Of a stretch of 64,000 nucleotides of DNA, positions 42,880-55,249 are shown one piece after another. Where the stretch lies: the NCBI RefSeq assembly GCF_009914755.1, contig NC_060931.1; one strand, given 5' to 3'. The stretch's first letter is position 1, and each line of letters opens with the position of its first letter. The position numbers and the translations under genes were made by a program. Under the pieces are notes generated by a model. That model made no database searches, was not told the origin of the DNA, and worked only from the letters and a program-made list of their open reading frames with translations. Origin of the DNA: the human T2T-CHM13v2.0 reference genome, Homo sapiens.

Positions 42880-44400
42880 TCTGTGACAGCCGCTTTGGCC
42901 TCTTGTAGGGCTGCGCGGTGACTGGGAGCTAAGCGCTCCCCTCTTAGTTGGTCTTGGCTGGTGCTGAAAGCGCTTGAGCACACCGCTCCTAGGGCTGATG
43001 ACTTCTGAGGAACCTTATTGGAAAAGCATTTTGCTCTAAGATTCAGTAAACGCTGTCCCGTGCCAAGGAAGTCGCGTCAACCTGAGGCTCTGGGATCAGA
43101 CCCACCGGACTCACGCGGGCTCTGCCACGTGTTGCCCGCAGTCTCGGCCCGTTCCCTCCGCTTTGGTAACGGGCACTGACTGTCCGATACCTCAGCGATC
43201 GTAGGAGAGCAGAGACGTCCCTCATGCCGGGCGCACCACCGGCGGGCCGGCGGTTCCGTTGGCTTCCCTGACATACTTCCTACAGTCATTTCTTTCAGCT
43301 GAGATCTTCCCCTTTAATACCTCGTTAATTAACGTGTAACCTTTTGGTTAAAATGTCAGAGCTAAGACTAAATCTGAAGAAAAGAATGAAACCACCGTAA
43401 GTTCTTCAGACTCAGTCGTCAGCAAGGTTATGGCCCGAAGCCGTGCAGAGGCGGCGCGCGGGGAAGCTACTGGCAGAGCTGTGCGCACTGGGGGTGCTGC
43501 AGGCGCTGGGGAGAGTGTGGAGAGGCTGCGTGGAGCTGCGCGCTCGGGGTGGGGGCTGCACTCCCAATGAAGCGCGTGAAGGGCAAGCGGTGATGGGTTC
43601 TGCGCCAGTGGGGCTGGGAGCGTGTCGGGGGCTGTACGTGGGGCTGCGCGCAAGGTGAGAACTGCGCATCTAGGCTTGGGGACTGCGCGCACCAAAGGCT
43701 TGCAGGCGCTGGGGAGGGTGGGGGGGCTGTGCGTGGGGCTGCTCTCACCGGAAGCTGCACGCTCGGGGAAGCGCGGAGGCGGGGGTGCTGCGCGCTTGGG
43801 AGCACGTGGGGGAACACGCAGGGACTGCCGGCGCGAATGGCTTCGAACGCATGCGCCGCACCCGACATTTCACAGTCGCCATGACGACCGGTAGGTCCGC
43901 AACGGCTGCGGGGACAAGACCGTTGAGGCTGCCAGGCGAGTCAGGCCTTTCTGGACCTCGCCTGACTCGGCTGGGCTGTGCCTGAAATTGACCCAGCTCT
44001 ATCAGGGATTATGAAAAAACAAGGAGTAAGCCCGAAGCCGCTGCAGTCTTCCCGCCCCAGCCAGTCTAAGCGGCGGTGCGGGCCTCCCCCTTCCCCCCCG
44101 CCTCCGCCCCGGAGCCGGAGGTAGAGGAGGTGGAAAAGTCGGCCCTAGGCGGCGGGAGGTCCTTCCGGCGGAGGATCCGAAATGTGGAAAATCGAAAAGG
44201 CTTGGAGCTAAAGGTGGTGGCCAAGACCCTTCTTCTCGGCCCCTTCCTGTTGGTCCGTAATTCCCTGGCGCAGCTCCGGGAAGAGGTGCACGAACTGCAG
44301 GCGTGGTGGTTCCCCAGCAGAACCACTTTGGACTTCGGTAAGGAGAGGGCAGGAGAGCTCCAGGAGGTAGCCGCATGGCGCTTTTCTTGAGTCTTGAAGG
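42880..44400. promoter_or_regulatory. CpG island / promoter of the DPY19L2-like pseudogene
   Basis: Dense CpG and high GC against an AT-rich background; ETS ccggaag 43748, E-box cacgtg 43803-43808, NRF1-like cgcatgcgc 43848-43856, RFX X-box-like gtcgccatgacgac 43875-43888, MYB caacgg 43900-43905. Confidence 0.88.
44011..44337 (+). pseudogene. Pseudo-exon 1 coding part; frameshift near 44080 gives a 37-aa ORF ending TAG 44122-44124
   Basis: ATG 44011: [37 protein letters not shown]; DPY19L2 homology continues in the frame of ORF 44076-44390; donor G|gtaagg at 44338. Confidence 0.9.
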
Positions 44401-46538
44401 AGATCAGTTTAACAAGCAAGGGTTTGTGGGTGCCTAGTAGGAAATAAAAGCAAGGTCCGAATAGAAAGAAGTTGGCCAAAAATCTTGTCATTGAACCAGG
44501 GGAGAGAGAGAGATAGGGAGTATATTGGTCTGAAGGGCTGTCAGATCGCAGAGAGTGTTTTAAGGTCTAGGAGTTTTAAAGGCTGAGGGGAAGGATCAAG
44601 GGAAGAGGATCAGATTAAGATTCCAAGAGAGGAAATAATTAGTGGAGCAAGTCTTGGAATATTTGGAGGGGTAGAATTAAAGGCACAAATTTGAGAAGCT
44701 AACTGTGGAAAAGAGGAGAGAGAATTCCTTTTCTGAGGTGGCAGGGAGTAGAAAAGCGAGGATTACTGTATGGAGAAATGTTAAAGTGGAGATAAAAGAA
44801 GTTGGGAGTGCTGGCGTCTAATGGTCTTTGTTTCAGTGAAGTATGAGGCTGGGTCACCTTCAGAGGTGAGACTGATAGGATGCCGGGGTCCAGGGGACAT
44901 GCTTCTGTCACAGCTTGGAAAGGGCATGTGATAAGCCCTTCAAGCATTTAGAATACTGGCATCGTTGCAACATATCATTTTTTTCAGATGTGGTATGTGG
45001 GTTAAGGGAGGGAGTGAGAGACACAGAAAGATTTTGAGCGTCTTTGGAAAGCTGGATGAATTTGGTAGTATATTTGACCTTTTCCTTATATATCATCTGA
45101 AGAGTTTTTGCCAGTGTATATAATTGTTAGGAGAATTAGAAATAGGATACAAATATAGTTGAACAGGATAGTCTCTGTATATTTTAAAATTAATGAAGCC
45201 TAATAAACAGTTAATGAGCATCTTTACAACCATTTAAAGTTTTCAACCTTTTAAAAATTATAGCAACCGTGCTTGCAGACAGTCCAAAAATACACCATGG
45301 GCCATACTTTGCCTATCCTGGTATAAAACAAGTAAATCTTCCAAGAAGTATTTAAGATAAGCCCAGGACAGTTAGTAATATAGGAAAAGATCTGGGTAAG
45401 CATGGTTGACAATTTCAACATTGCAATTTTTTAATTTTTAAAAATTTAATTTCTTCAATAATTATTGAATTAATTTGCATTTATTTTGTTAGCCAAGTGA
45501 AGTAATTTTTGAATTTTTAAGAGGCTATTATTGGTGGTTTGTAAGATGACTTGCCAAGTATATTTGGGATAACCATAAGAAATACCATTATAAAATCTCA
45601 GAAGGGAGGTAGGACTTCTGGAATAGCCAAGGAAATGCACTCCTCCATGACGACAATGAAAATACTTGGAAAATTATCAAAATCATTTTCTTCAAAACTT
45701 TGGAAATTAACCAAAGGTTTACAACAATCTAAAGAGCATTAATTCAAGAAAAGCTGCTGAACCTCTATAAGAATAGCAAAGTTTGTGGTGTTTTAACTTG
45801 TTCTATTCCCCACTCTTCTCTCTCCAGGGGAATTGAAAACAAGCAATTCCCCAACCAAACAGGGGCACAGGCTGCGTTTGCAGCTCCTGTAAAAGCTCCA
45901 TACCCAGAGCAGTGTCTCCCAGCTCCCAGGTGAAGTCTTATGTATACATGGGGCGTTGGCACAGGTGACTCCAGACTAGTCTCCTAGGCCATCTAGTAGC
46001 TTCTAGGTCTCGGCTCTTGTAAAGAGCTTGCAATTCATCAAGGGTTGAGCTGCACATTGGGGCTTTTAGATGTGCTGCTGAGGAAGTGATTTCCTGCATT
46101 TAATCATCTTCTGATGAATGCTAGAGAAACTGATCTAGAGTGGCTCCTCTTGGTTAGAACTAGCTGAAGCATACTGTATATACTTACTTCTTTTAAAAAT
46201 TTCATATAAAGGAATAGAAAATAATACTGAAAAAAAAAAAACAAAAAAGGTCGCAATCTTCCATAATTCCATCAGTCTTACCAATTACCTGAAGTAAAAA
46301 AACCCTCTCAAGTTTCTCCCTTTGCTTATCAAGCCCTGCTGCAGAGAGGTAAGCTCTGTTCAGAATTTGCTTTGTGTCCTGGATTTTTTCCTATGCTCAT
46401 AGAGACAGGATTAGCTGGCCATCTTGCTTTGTGTGCTATCTTTCTAGACATGTAAAATACTACATTTGAAATACTTGTTTTAATGGTATTTTATAATAAA
46501 GCAGCTATTAATAACTTTCCTTTTTTTCTTTATTCCAG

Positions 46539-46563
46539 CAGTCCTTGTGGCTTATCTACATTG
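46539..46563 (+). pseudogene. Pseudo-exon 2, 25-nt microexon
   Basis: Polypyrimidine tract + ttccag|CAGTCCTTGTGGCTTATCTACATTG|gtaaga; encodes (A)VLVAYLH(W), homologous to DPY19L2 AVFVAILHW. Confidence 0.88.
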
Positions 46564-46887
46564 GTAAGATTTAGTTTCAGTTTGAAATATTTAAAAACAT
46601 TTGAATTAAAAATTGCCATCTCTCTTTGCATACAGTAAAACAATAACTTCTGGCTATATTTGTAGAACATCTTTATGTGCACCAATTTATACATGTATTT
46701 TGCTTTTTTACAAACCTCATATGTGAAACAGCATTTACAAAATAGATGCATTAGGGGAATAGTAACTTACGAATTAAAATATTTTTGCTTTACTAAATAA
46801 TTCACCACACGTTTCTTTAAATATCTAGCTTTTCTAGTGTATTTTGCATGTGTAGTTCATTTAAAACCTTCCTTTATTTTATGGTAA

Positions 46888-47218
<331 letters not shown>

Positions 47219-48035
47219 TAACTTTGGTGATAAAGTTTTAGCAACACCTGCCAATTGGAAATCAGGTAAAAAAGAAGTTAAAGATTCTGCAGTGGTTATA
47301 TGGTTAAATGGCTCTGAGTCTTTCAGTGTGCAAGCCTGTGTACATTATTTTACAAAAGTGTTTATAAAAATTTGTAAAATAATATTTCCTTCTCGAATAT
47401 TTTATTTTTACCTGTGCTCAGTGATTTCTACCCTTGGGAGGTATGAGATCTGCCCCTATGTTCTATTGACACAGTGCTGCTCTAGACATTTAGTCTGCAG
47501 GGAGATTTTGATGTTAGAACTGAGGCTGCAATGGTAGGGAATATTCCTGCAGTATTTGGTACCCTGGCATATGGCCTACATGTAAAGAAGGGTTAGTGGA
47601 AAACAGGGTTAATATATGGAACTTTGCTTTATTTTCAACTTCACTGGAAAGTACTGACTACATAAGTTAGCTATAGCATAATTGTTGGCCATAGCTAATT
47701 TTGTTTATCACATATGCTCTTTTCTTCACTGCCTATAGCTGTTGAGTTTCACTACTAAAAGGTCTTCAAGTACACACCTGTATTCTTTGGCACTTGAAAG
47801 TTGATCCTTTATGTGATATTATACTTATTGTAAGTCTGCTTTGATCTAAAGTAATTTTATTTAAAATTATATTCTGAACCCTTTTCAACAGTTATGGAGG
47901 TATTTCCCAAGGCTGGTACATTAGAATCACTTGAAACTTAAAAAACAAACACTAACCTGCCTGTGTTCCGATTTAGAGGCCTGGGATGGAAGGAAGGGTG
48001 AAAAAAGCCACAAGAATTTTAGATATACAATTAAG

Positions 48036-48325
48036 GTTTTTGTTTTGTTTTGTTTTGTTTTGTTTTGTTTTGTTTTGTTTTTGAGACATGATCTCTGCTC
48101 ACTGCAACCTCCACCTCCTGGGTTCAAGAAATTCTCCTGCCTCAGCCTCCCTAGCAGCCAGGATTCAGACATGCACTACCATGGCTGGCTAATTTTTGTG
48201 TTTTTAGTAGAGACGGGGTTTCACCATGTTGGCAAGGCTGGTCTCAAACTCCTCACCTCAAGTGATCTGCCCGCCTCGGGCTCCCAAAGTGCTGGGATTA
48301 CAGGCATGAGCCAACGTACCCGGCC
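48036..48325 (-). mobile_element. AluS with (GTTTT)n tail and ~45-bp internal deletion
   Basis: ttgagaca joined directly to tgatctctgctcactgcaacc; TSD acaattaag 48027-48035 / 48326-48334. Confidence 0.92.
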
Positions 48326-48533
48326 ACAATTAAGCTTAAAAACCACTGAGTTAAGGAATTTCAGGTGTGTGCCGTACTGGATTATAAATGCTGAAAAACA
48401 TACAAGTTAGTAAGCAAATTATAAAATTAATATTATAACAATTGTTTTCTTTTTTATGGCTTTCTTATTGTTTATTTTACTGTTAGTTTTGAAACTTGTT
48501 CTTATTGTAATATGATTCTTCATTTTTTTCTAG

Positions 48534-48621
48534 GTTACATTTAGTAAAACTTTGTGAAAATTATCGTCATTTCTCTCACCTCTCATCTTTGGAACGGGAG
48601 ATGACTTTTTGCACCAAAATG
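48534..48621 (+). pseudogene. Pseudo-exon 3, 88 nt
   Basis: ttttttctag|G TTA CAT TTA ... AAA ATG|gttagg; encodes [29 protein letters not shown]. Confidence 0.9.
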
Positions 48622-48821
48622 GTTAGGTTTCTTCTTCTAACGAATTAATTTGTGGTTTAAGAATAGCGAGACTATGAGGTAGAGATGTATTAGGAATTGA
48701 AATGAACTTTTGGTGAACTGCACTGTTTCATAAGCTATAACCCAGGTTTATTATTTAAATAGTAAAGTGTTTGAGATTATTTTTCTGTTACTTCATTATC
48801 TCTCACCCTTTCCTAATGCAG

Positions 48822-50060
48822 ACTTCTTTTTAAGATAATAAAGATGAATTATAATAGCTGAGGAAGGAGAAGAATGCAAGCTCTGAAATGACATCCTTAA
48901 ATGCTGATACTGGTTACAACCTCTTTACCTCTCTGAGGAAATTGTAACAGTGTGTCTTTTAGGGTGTTTTTATTTTACCAGCCCTTAAGAAAGATCTCTA
49001 ATACGTTTTAATACTTTTTTTTATAATTTCAAGTTGAAGTGTTTTTAAAAACACCTTGTTTTGTAATGTTTTGAATCTCTTGAGATGTATTTACCCCACT
49101 AGATACATATTTGCCACTGGTTAGTTCTCCATCTAAGCTCAAGAGGTTATTCATCTCTCTTTAGATTCCAGTGGTTTTTCTTTTAACTTCCAGGTAAAAT
49201 AGAAACTGCTATGGTATACAACCAAATTTTGGGGTTAAACATAATCAGAAAAGAAAATCCAGTTAAATTTATGAAGTGAGATTTTCAGATCCTAGATCTT
49301 GAATATAGCAAAGGTCTTTTCATCTTGATGGCCCCAAAGCTTGTTGGTCATAGTCTATTTCTGGCCATTATCTTCTTAAATAATCTATTTTTAAGCCCTC
49401 ATTTATTTTTGGTTTTGGATGAGGAAAGTCATGTTTTCTAAGTCCTCTCCCCTAATAAAACCTACCCAACAATAGTGCTTTGAAAAGTGGTAGTTATCTT
49501 GAAGATACTCTTGCCAAATGCAAAGATAAACATTCTTTTTGTCTGCTTTATAAATATGAAATATGCCAGATCTATAGTATTTTAATGTGCATCTACTTTA
49601 AATGAGTCATCTTGGGGTTTTTATAATTCCCTTACATTCTTGCCCCTCTACACTTGAAATAACAAAATGCCTTAATTTTATAGATTAGTTCTCTTATAGT
49701 AGACAGGCAGCTATATGCAGCAAAACCAATAAAGTTATTTTTCAACTTTCATAGTTGTAAAATATTTTATAGCAATACAAAACAGCTAAGAAAACATGCC
49801 ACATTTTATTTTAGCATTTTCAAATAATTTGTTTTTGGTGTAAGCACAGGATAAAAAAGGAGAGCGTCAAAGAAAAGAGACATAACACCTAACATTCATA
49901 AAAATTAACAAAGTATATTTTGGATGATATTTTTACAGGAAATATTTTAAATAAGTTGGTAGAATTTTTAAACTGGTACTGTATTAGCTAATAAAATATT
50001 CAGTACAAATATATGTTTGGATTTATGCATTAAAAAACTAATAAAATTATTTCCAACTTT
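48822..50060 (+). other. Putative terminal exon / 3'UTR derived from parental intron 3
   Basis: Acceptor tctctcaccctttcctaatgcag| at 48821; in-frame ACT TCT TTT TAA; AATAAA at 49454, 49728, 49990 and 50040, with U-rich sequence after the last. Confidence 0.55.
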
Positions 50061-50235
50061 TGTATTTGTAAATTATTTTGGTACAGGAGACAAAGCATCT
50101 AAGAAAGCATGCTGCACATTTTACTTATTTTAGCATTGTCATATAATCTGTTTCAGTGATGTGTGGGGCAAAAAAGGAAAAGAGACATAACACCTAACAT
50201 TCATAAAATTAAAGTAACACATTTCAGATGATGTT

Positions 50236-50700
50236 ACAGTAGCAAAGACTTGTAACTAACCCAAATACCCATCAATGATAGACTGGATAAAGAAAATATG
50301 TCACATACACACCATGGAATACTATGCAGCCATAAAAAAGGATGAGTTCATGACCTTTGCAGGGACGCGGGTGAAGCTAGAAGCCATCGTTCTCAGCAAA
50401 CTAACACAAGAACAGAAAACCAAACACCATATGTTCTCACTCATAAGTGGGAGTTGAACAATGAGAACACATGGACACAGAGAGGGGAACATCACACACC
50501 AGGGCCTATTGGTGGGGGGTGGGGGTGGGGGGCAAGGGGAGGGAGAGCATTAGGACAAATACCTAATGCATGCAGGACTTAAACCTTAAATGACAGGTCG
50601 ATAGATGCAGCAAACCACCATGGCACATGTATACCTATGTAACAAACCTGCATGTTCTGCACATGTATCCCAGAACTTAAAGTAAAATAAATTTTAAAAA
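50236..50700 (+). mobile_element. L1PA7/8-type 3' end fragment
   Basis: ORF 50275-50457 is the ORF2 terminus; 3'UTR ggagagcattaggacaaatacctaatgcatgc. Confidence 0.92.
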
Positions 50701-51009
50701 GTCAGTAGAACTCAACAAAAAATGGATGAGCTGTACTAATAAAATGTTCCATACACATATGATGTTTTCATATATATTTATGTTATTTTCATGTACTATC
50801 TGTGTTAAGTAACTGTAAAGCCCTTGAAGATCCTGTTTTCTGTCTTTTCTCATCCTTCACAATGCATACATTTTGAAATTGAAATTGTTCTCATATAAAG
50901 GGAGAAATCATAGGTTGCTGGGCTTACTAGCCATGTTTACACTGGCAGTGCTCTTTCTTAGCCATTTAAAAATGATTCTGTATAGTCTTACACAGAAGGC
51001 AATATACTA

Positions 51010-51290
51010 TGATGGAAATAGTGTGAGCTGTGTAATGAGATGTATCTAAGTTTGAATACTGCTTCTTCCATTAGTTAGGTACCACCATGTATTCAAAAGA
51101 TATTCATTAAACACTTACTGTATGTCAGGCACCATGCTATGGTTGGTCATGTTACTTAACTCCATGAGCTTTCTTCACCTGTAAAGCAGAACTCACAATA
51201 CCTACTTGGCAGGGTCATTATGAGGATTAGTGAAACAAAGTTTTGAAGTACCTGGCACATAAAGGCACTCAACAAACATTAGTTTCTTCT
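51010..51290 (+). mobile_element. MIR fragment with an embedded L2-like piece
   Basis: gttacttaactccatgagctttcttcacctgtaaa ... cctggcacataaaggcactcaacaaacattag. Confidence 0.6.
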
Positions 51291-53340
51291 GCACTACCCC
51301 CTACAGCTCACTAATAACCATTTTAGTAATATCAAGTTACAGAGTGAGGTTAGCTCATTTCAGAATTCCAAATAGTCTCACCTTTATTTGACGTCAACAA
51401 ATAGGAGTACTGGGCTGCAGCTTGTTCTTATGCAAATTGTTCTACTGAATTCTTGCCTGTATAAATTTTATTTTTTATTCTTTTGAAACATGAGAAGATT
51501 TTCACTTAATTCAATGAAGCTTTTTCCATAGTTTCTAGGATCCTATGTTTGCACACTAATCTGAAACTATGGCTAGAAGTGAGGTGCACACAAGCTGCAA
51601 CAATTCCTTCATCTGCTTCATCCAGTTGTCAGAAGCAAATGCACAGCTTCAACAGTATCTGTGTTGCTTTGCTGCTGATAGACACCAAAAATCTGAGTAC
51701 TTTAATAATAAAATTATGTTTATATTTTTATACATTACATGTTCCTATTATACATGAAGGACAAACTCATAGAAAAATTAGTTTTGAAAAAAACAGGACA
51801 TTTTAAAGAAGGGGACAATTATATATATACATACACATAGCAGCAAAAATGGCAATAGCTCAAAAGTGGTTAAGATATACATACAGACACTGCAATGAAC
51901 ATCTTAGTGCATACTTTGTGATTTTAAAGTTATTTCCACAGGATAGATTTCATAAAGTTAAATTTCCTTAAATAAATTGTGGACACCCTTAAAGCCTTCA
52001 ATGCAGTTAGCCTCAAATTACCTTTGCAAAGCTATGTGTGCACCTTTTGGATTGTATGCACCACCAAAAGTTAGTGTGTATAACAATGCTCATTTTACAA
52101 CACTCTCATTGGGATTAATTAGCCTTATTAAGAATATATTTTGCTAATTTGTGAGGCCCAAAATAGTATTTGTTATTATTTTCATTTGTATTTGTTCTAT
52201 GTCCAGAAAAACTCACAATATTCTTTAGAAAGTGTATGTCTCTGAAGCTCTGTATGGGTTCATATTCTTTGATTCATTGAGTCTCTTCATAAAGGATGGG
52301 GATTGAGATAAGGGGAAAGAAAAACCTTTGAAAATTCTTAATAAGAGAAATATAAGGACATTTTCAAAAGGACAGGTATATATATAACTTCATGCACAAA
52401 AGTCAAATTTAAATGGGTCAAGGACTTAAATGAAAGTAAAATATTTAAAGTCTTAGAAGAAAATAGAGAAATACAGATTAAAACCACATGGTAACATTTA
52501 CATGTCAGATAAGAATTGGTGAGGACAGGGTGCCACAAGAACTCTCATGAAATTATAGTAGGAGTGTAAATTGGTACAGACACCTTAGAAAATAAGTTGT
52601 TAATTCCTAATAAGTTTTAAAGTATGTAGTCTCTGCAATTTATAGTTTCACCCTAAAGAAATGTTGTTACAAATATACCAAGGAAACCAATTACAAGAAT
52701 CTTCATGGAAGCATTATTTGTACCTGAGAAAAAAAAGCTGAAAACAACTCAAAGGCCCACCAACAGAATGGATAAAATGAATATTTCCATACAACGTAAT
52801 ATTGTAAAGGAATGAATGTGATCTACAGTCACAAGCATCAGTGAGAACCAATGTCAAATAGACTGTTAAAGATAAAAAACTAAGTCATCAAAGGGGATGT
52901 GTGTGCATGTCAATATATATGCCATTTACATAGGGCCTAAAAGCAAACAAGACAATATTATAGAAGATATAGTGTGGCAAAACAGCGAAAGCGTAGGCAT
53001 AATTAATTCAAAACATAGGCTGGTGATCACTTCTAGGAAAGAATGCAATACAGGAGAAGCCCTGGGTGCTTCAATGTTAATATTCAATTTCTTGGTGTTA
53101 AGTATACAAGTGTTCATTTTATAATTCTTTAAAATGTGTGTTTATATATGTATATAATGCTTATATATTTATACTCTTCAAAGTAGGGCTTTGATTCCTC
53201 ATCAGTGGTTCTTAAACCTCATGTTCTCTTTAGGTAACTCTGGGAGCTTAAATAAGCATCAAGAGTTGTTCTGATGACACGTCCAGCTATTCAAATAAAT
53301 GTTCAAATTGTAGATTTTATTGTTTCCATTTGTGCAATGT

Positions 53341-54008
53341 ATTTTTTTCCTTCCAACTTCTATTTTAGGTGCAGGAGTACATTTGCAGGTTTGTTATATA
53401 GGTAAATTGCATGTCATGGGGTTTGGTGTACAGATTATTTTGTCACCCAGGTAATAAGCATAGTACCTGATAGGTATTTTCTCAGTTCTCGCTCTCCTCC
53501 CACCCTCCACCCTCAAATAGGCCCTGGTGCCTATTATTCCCTTCTTTTTGTCCATGTGTGCTCAGTGTTTAGCTCCTACTTATAGGGAGCACATACAGTA
53601 TTTGGTTTTCTGTTCTGTATTAGTTCACTTAGGATACTGGCCTCCAGCTCCATCCATGTTGCTGCAGAGGACGTGATCTCATTTTTTTATATGGCTGTAT
53701 AGTATTCCATGGTATATATGTACCACATTTTCTTTATCCATTCCACCATGGGTGGGCATTTAGGTTGATTCCATGTCTTTGCTATTGTGAATAATGCTGC
53801 AATGAACATACGTGTATATGTGTTTTTATGGTAGAACAATTTATGTTCCTTTGGGTATATATCCAGTAATGGGATTGCTGGGTTGAATGATAGCTCTGTT
53901 TAAATTCTTTGAAAAATCTCCAAACTGCTTTCCACAGTGGCCAAACTGGTTTACATTTCCACCAGCAGTGTATAAGTGTTCTCTTTTCTCCACAACTTCA
54001 CCAGCATC

Positions 54009-54039
<31 letters not shown>

Positions 54040-54550
54040 CTTTCATCATAACTATTCTGACTAGTGTGAGATGGTATCTTACTGTGGTCTTGATTTGCAT
54101 TTCTCTAATGATTAGTGATGGTGAACATTTTTTCATATGCTTGTTGCCTACATGCACGTCTTCTTTTGAGAAGTGTCTGTTCACACTTTTTGCCCATTTT
54201 TAATGAGGTTGTTTGTTTTTGCTTGTTGATTTAAGTTCCTTATAGGTGCTGGATATTAGACCTTTGTCAGATGCATAGCTTGCAAGTGTTTTCCCCCATT
54301 CTGTAGGTTGTGTGTTTACTCTGTTGATAGTTTCTTTTACTGTGCAGAAGCTCTTTAGTTTTATTAGATCCCATTTGTCAATTTTTGTTTTTGCTGCAAT
54401 TTCTCTTGGCATCTTCATCATGAAGTCTTTGCCAAGGCATATGTCCATGGCCTTTCTTGTTTTCTTCTAGGGTTTTGATAGTTTTAAGGTTTACATTCAA
54501 ATCTTTCATCCATCTTGAGTTGATTTTTGTATATGGTGTAAGGAAAGAGT
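53341..54550 (-). mobile_element. L1PA13-16 3' fragment
   Basis: Reverse L1 3'UTR and ORF2 remnant (ORF 54200-54448 [24 protein letters not shown]). Confidence 0.92.
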
Positions 54551-55249
54551 GGTACAGTGTCTTAAAAATTACCAGATTGTGTTTCATAGGATTTTGAAAA
54601 AAAGATGTCATTCATAGAAATTGCATTAAAATTCACATCTCTCAGGATGTGTTTCTTCATCTGTACATAGGTGATAATACCTACCTCATAGAATTATGAG
54701 GATCAAGCCAAGTGTTCCATGTCAATGTGCATTATTAAGAGCTACACATGTGATCCATTTTAATACCACCAGACAATAGGCCAACTTTGAATTGGATGTT
54801 AATAAAAAAGCTATGATGTATTCATAATCCAAAAGAGCAAATAAGATTATTTATATTTGACTTAGAATAATTTTTTGAGGAGCTTTTGCAGCTACTGACT
54901 TCTTTAGTATGCTTGCCTGAGATTAAAATAGATATTGACTTACTTATTGTGCTTTTCTGAGGTTAAAATTCTTTCATATCCTTTGAGCACATATAGATAA
55001 TGGCTTTTACTTTTAAAATTTTCTTCCAAGAGATACATATAACTCATATGTAAATATTGAGATTATTCAGATGAAGCTGCAAAGCCAGTTCACAGAATAT
55101 ACTGGATTGAATCATATCCAAGAACCTATGAATTTTATTTAAAAAGCACCTCAGCTATTGAAAAGAGCAAGACTGTTTACACAGCTTCATACAGACCTAA
55201 GAAATACAATGGAGATCATATACAAGAGTTATTTCTTTAACAAGGATGG

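Noticed and set aside
44076-44390. 104-aa ORF as a standalone gene
   Set aside because: It starts at GTG, is the post-frameshift part of DPY19L2-like exon 1, and reads through the splice donor at 44338 into intron
43043-44491. Many overlapping 60-141 aa ORFs on both strands
   Set aside because: Expected from stop-codon scarcity in a GC-rich CpG island; low-complexity Ala/Pro/Arg/Gly translations
47931-48410. 159-aa ORF (and similar ORFs at 9723, 24569-24980, 25281)
   Set aside because: Translations of Alu and simple repeats
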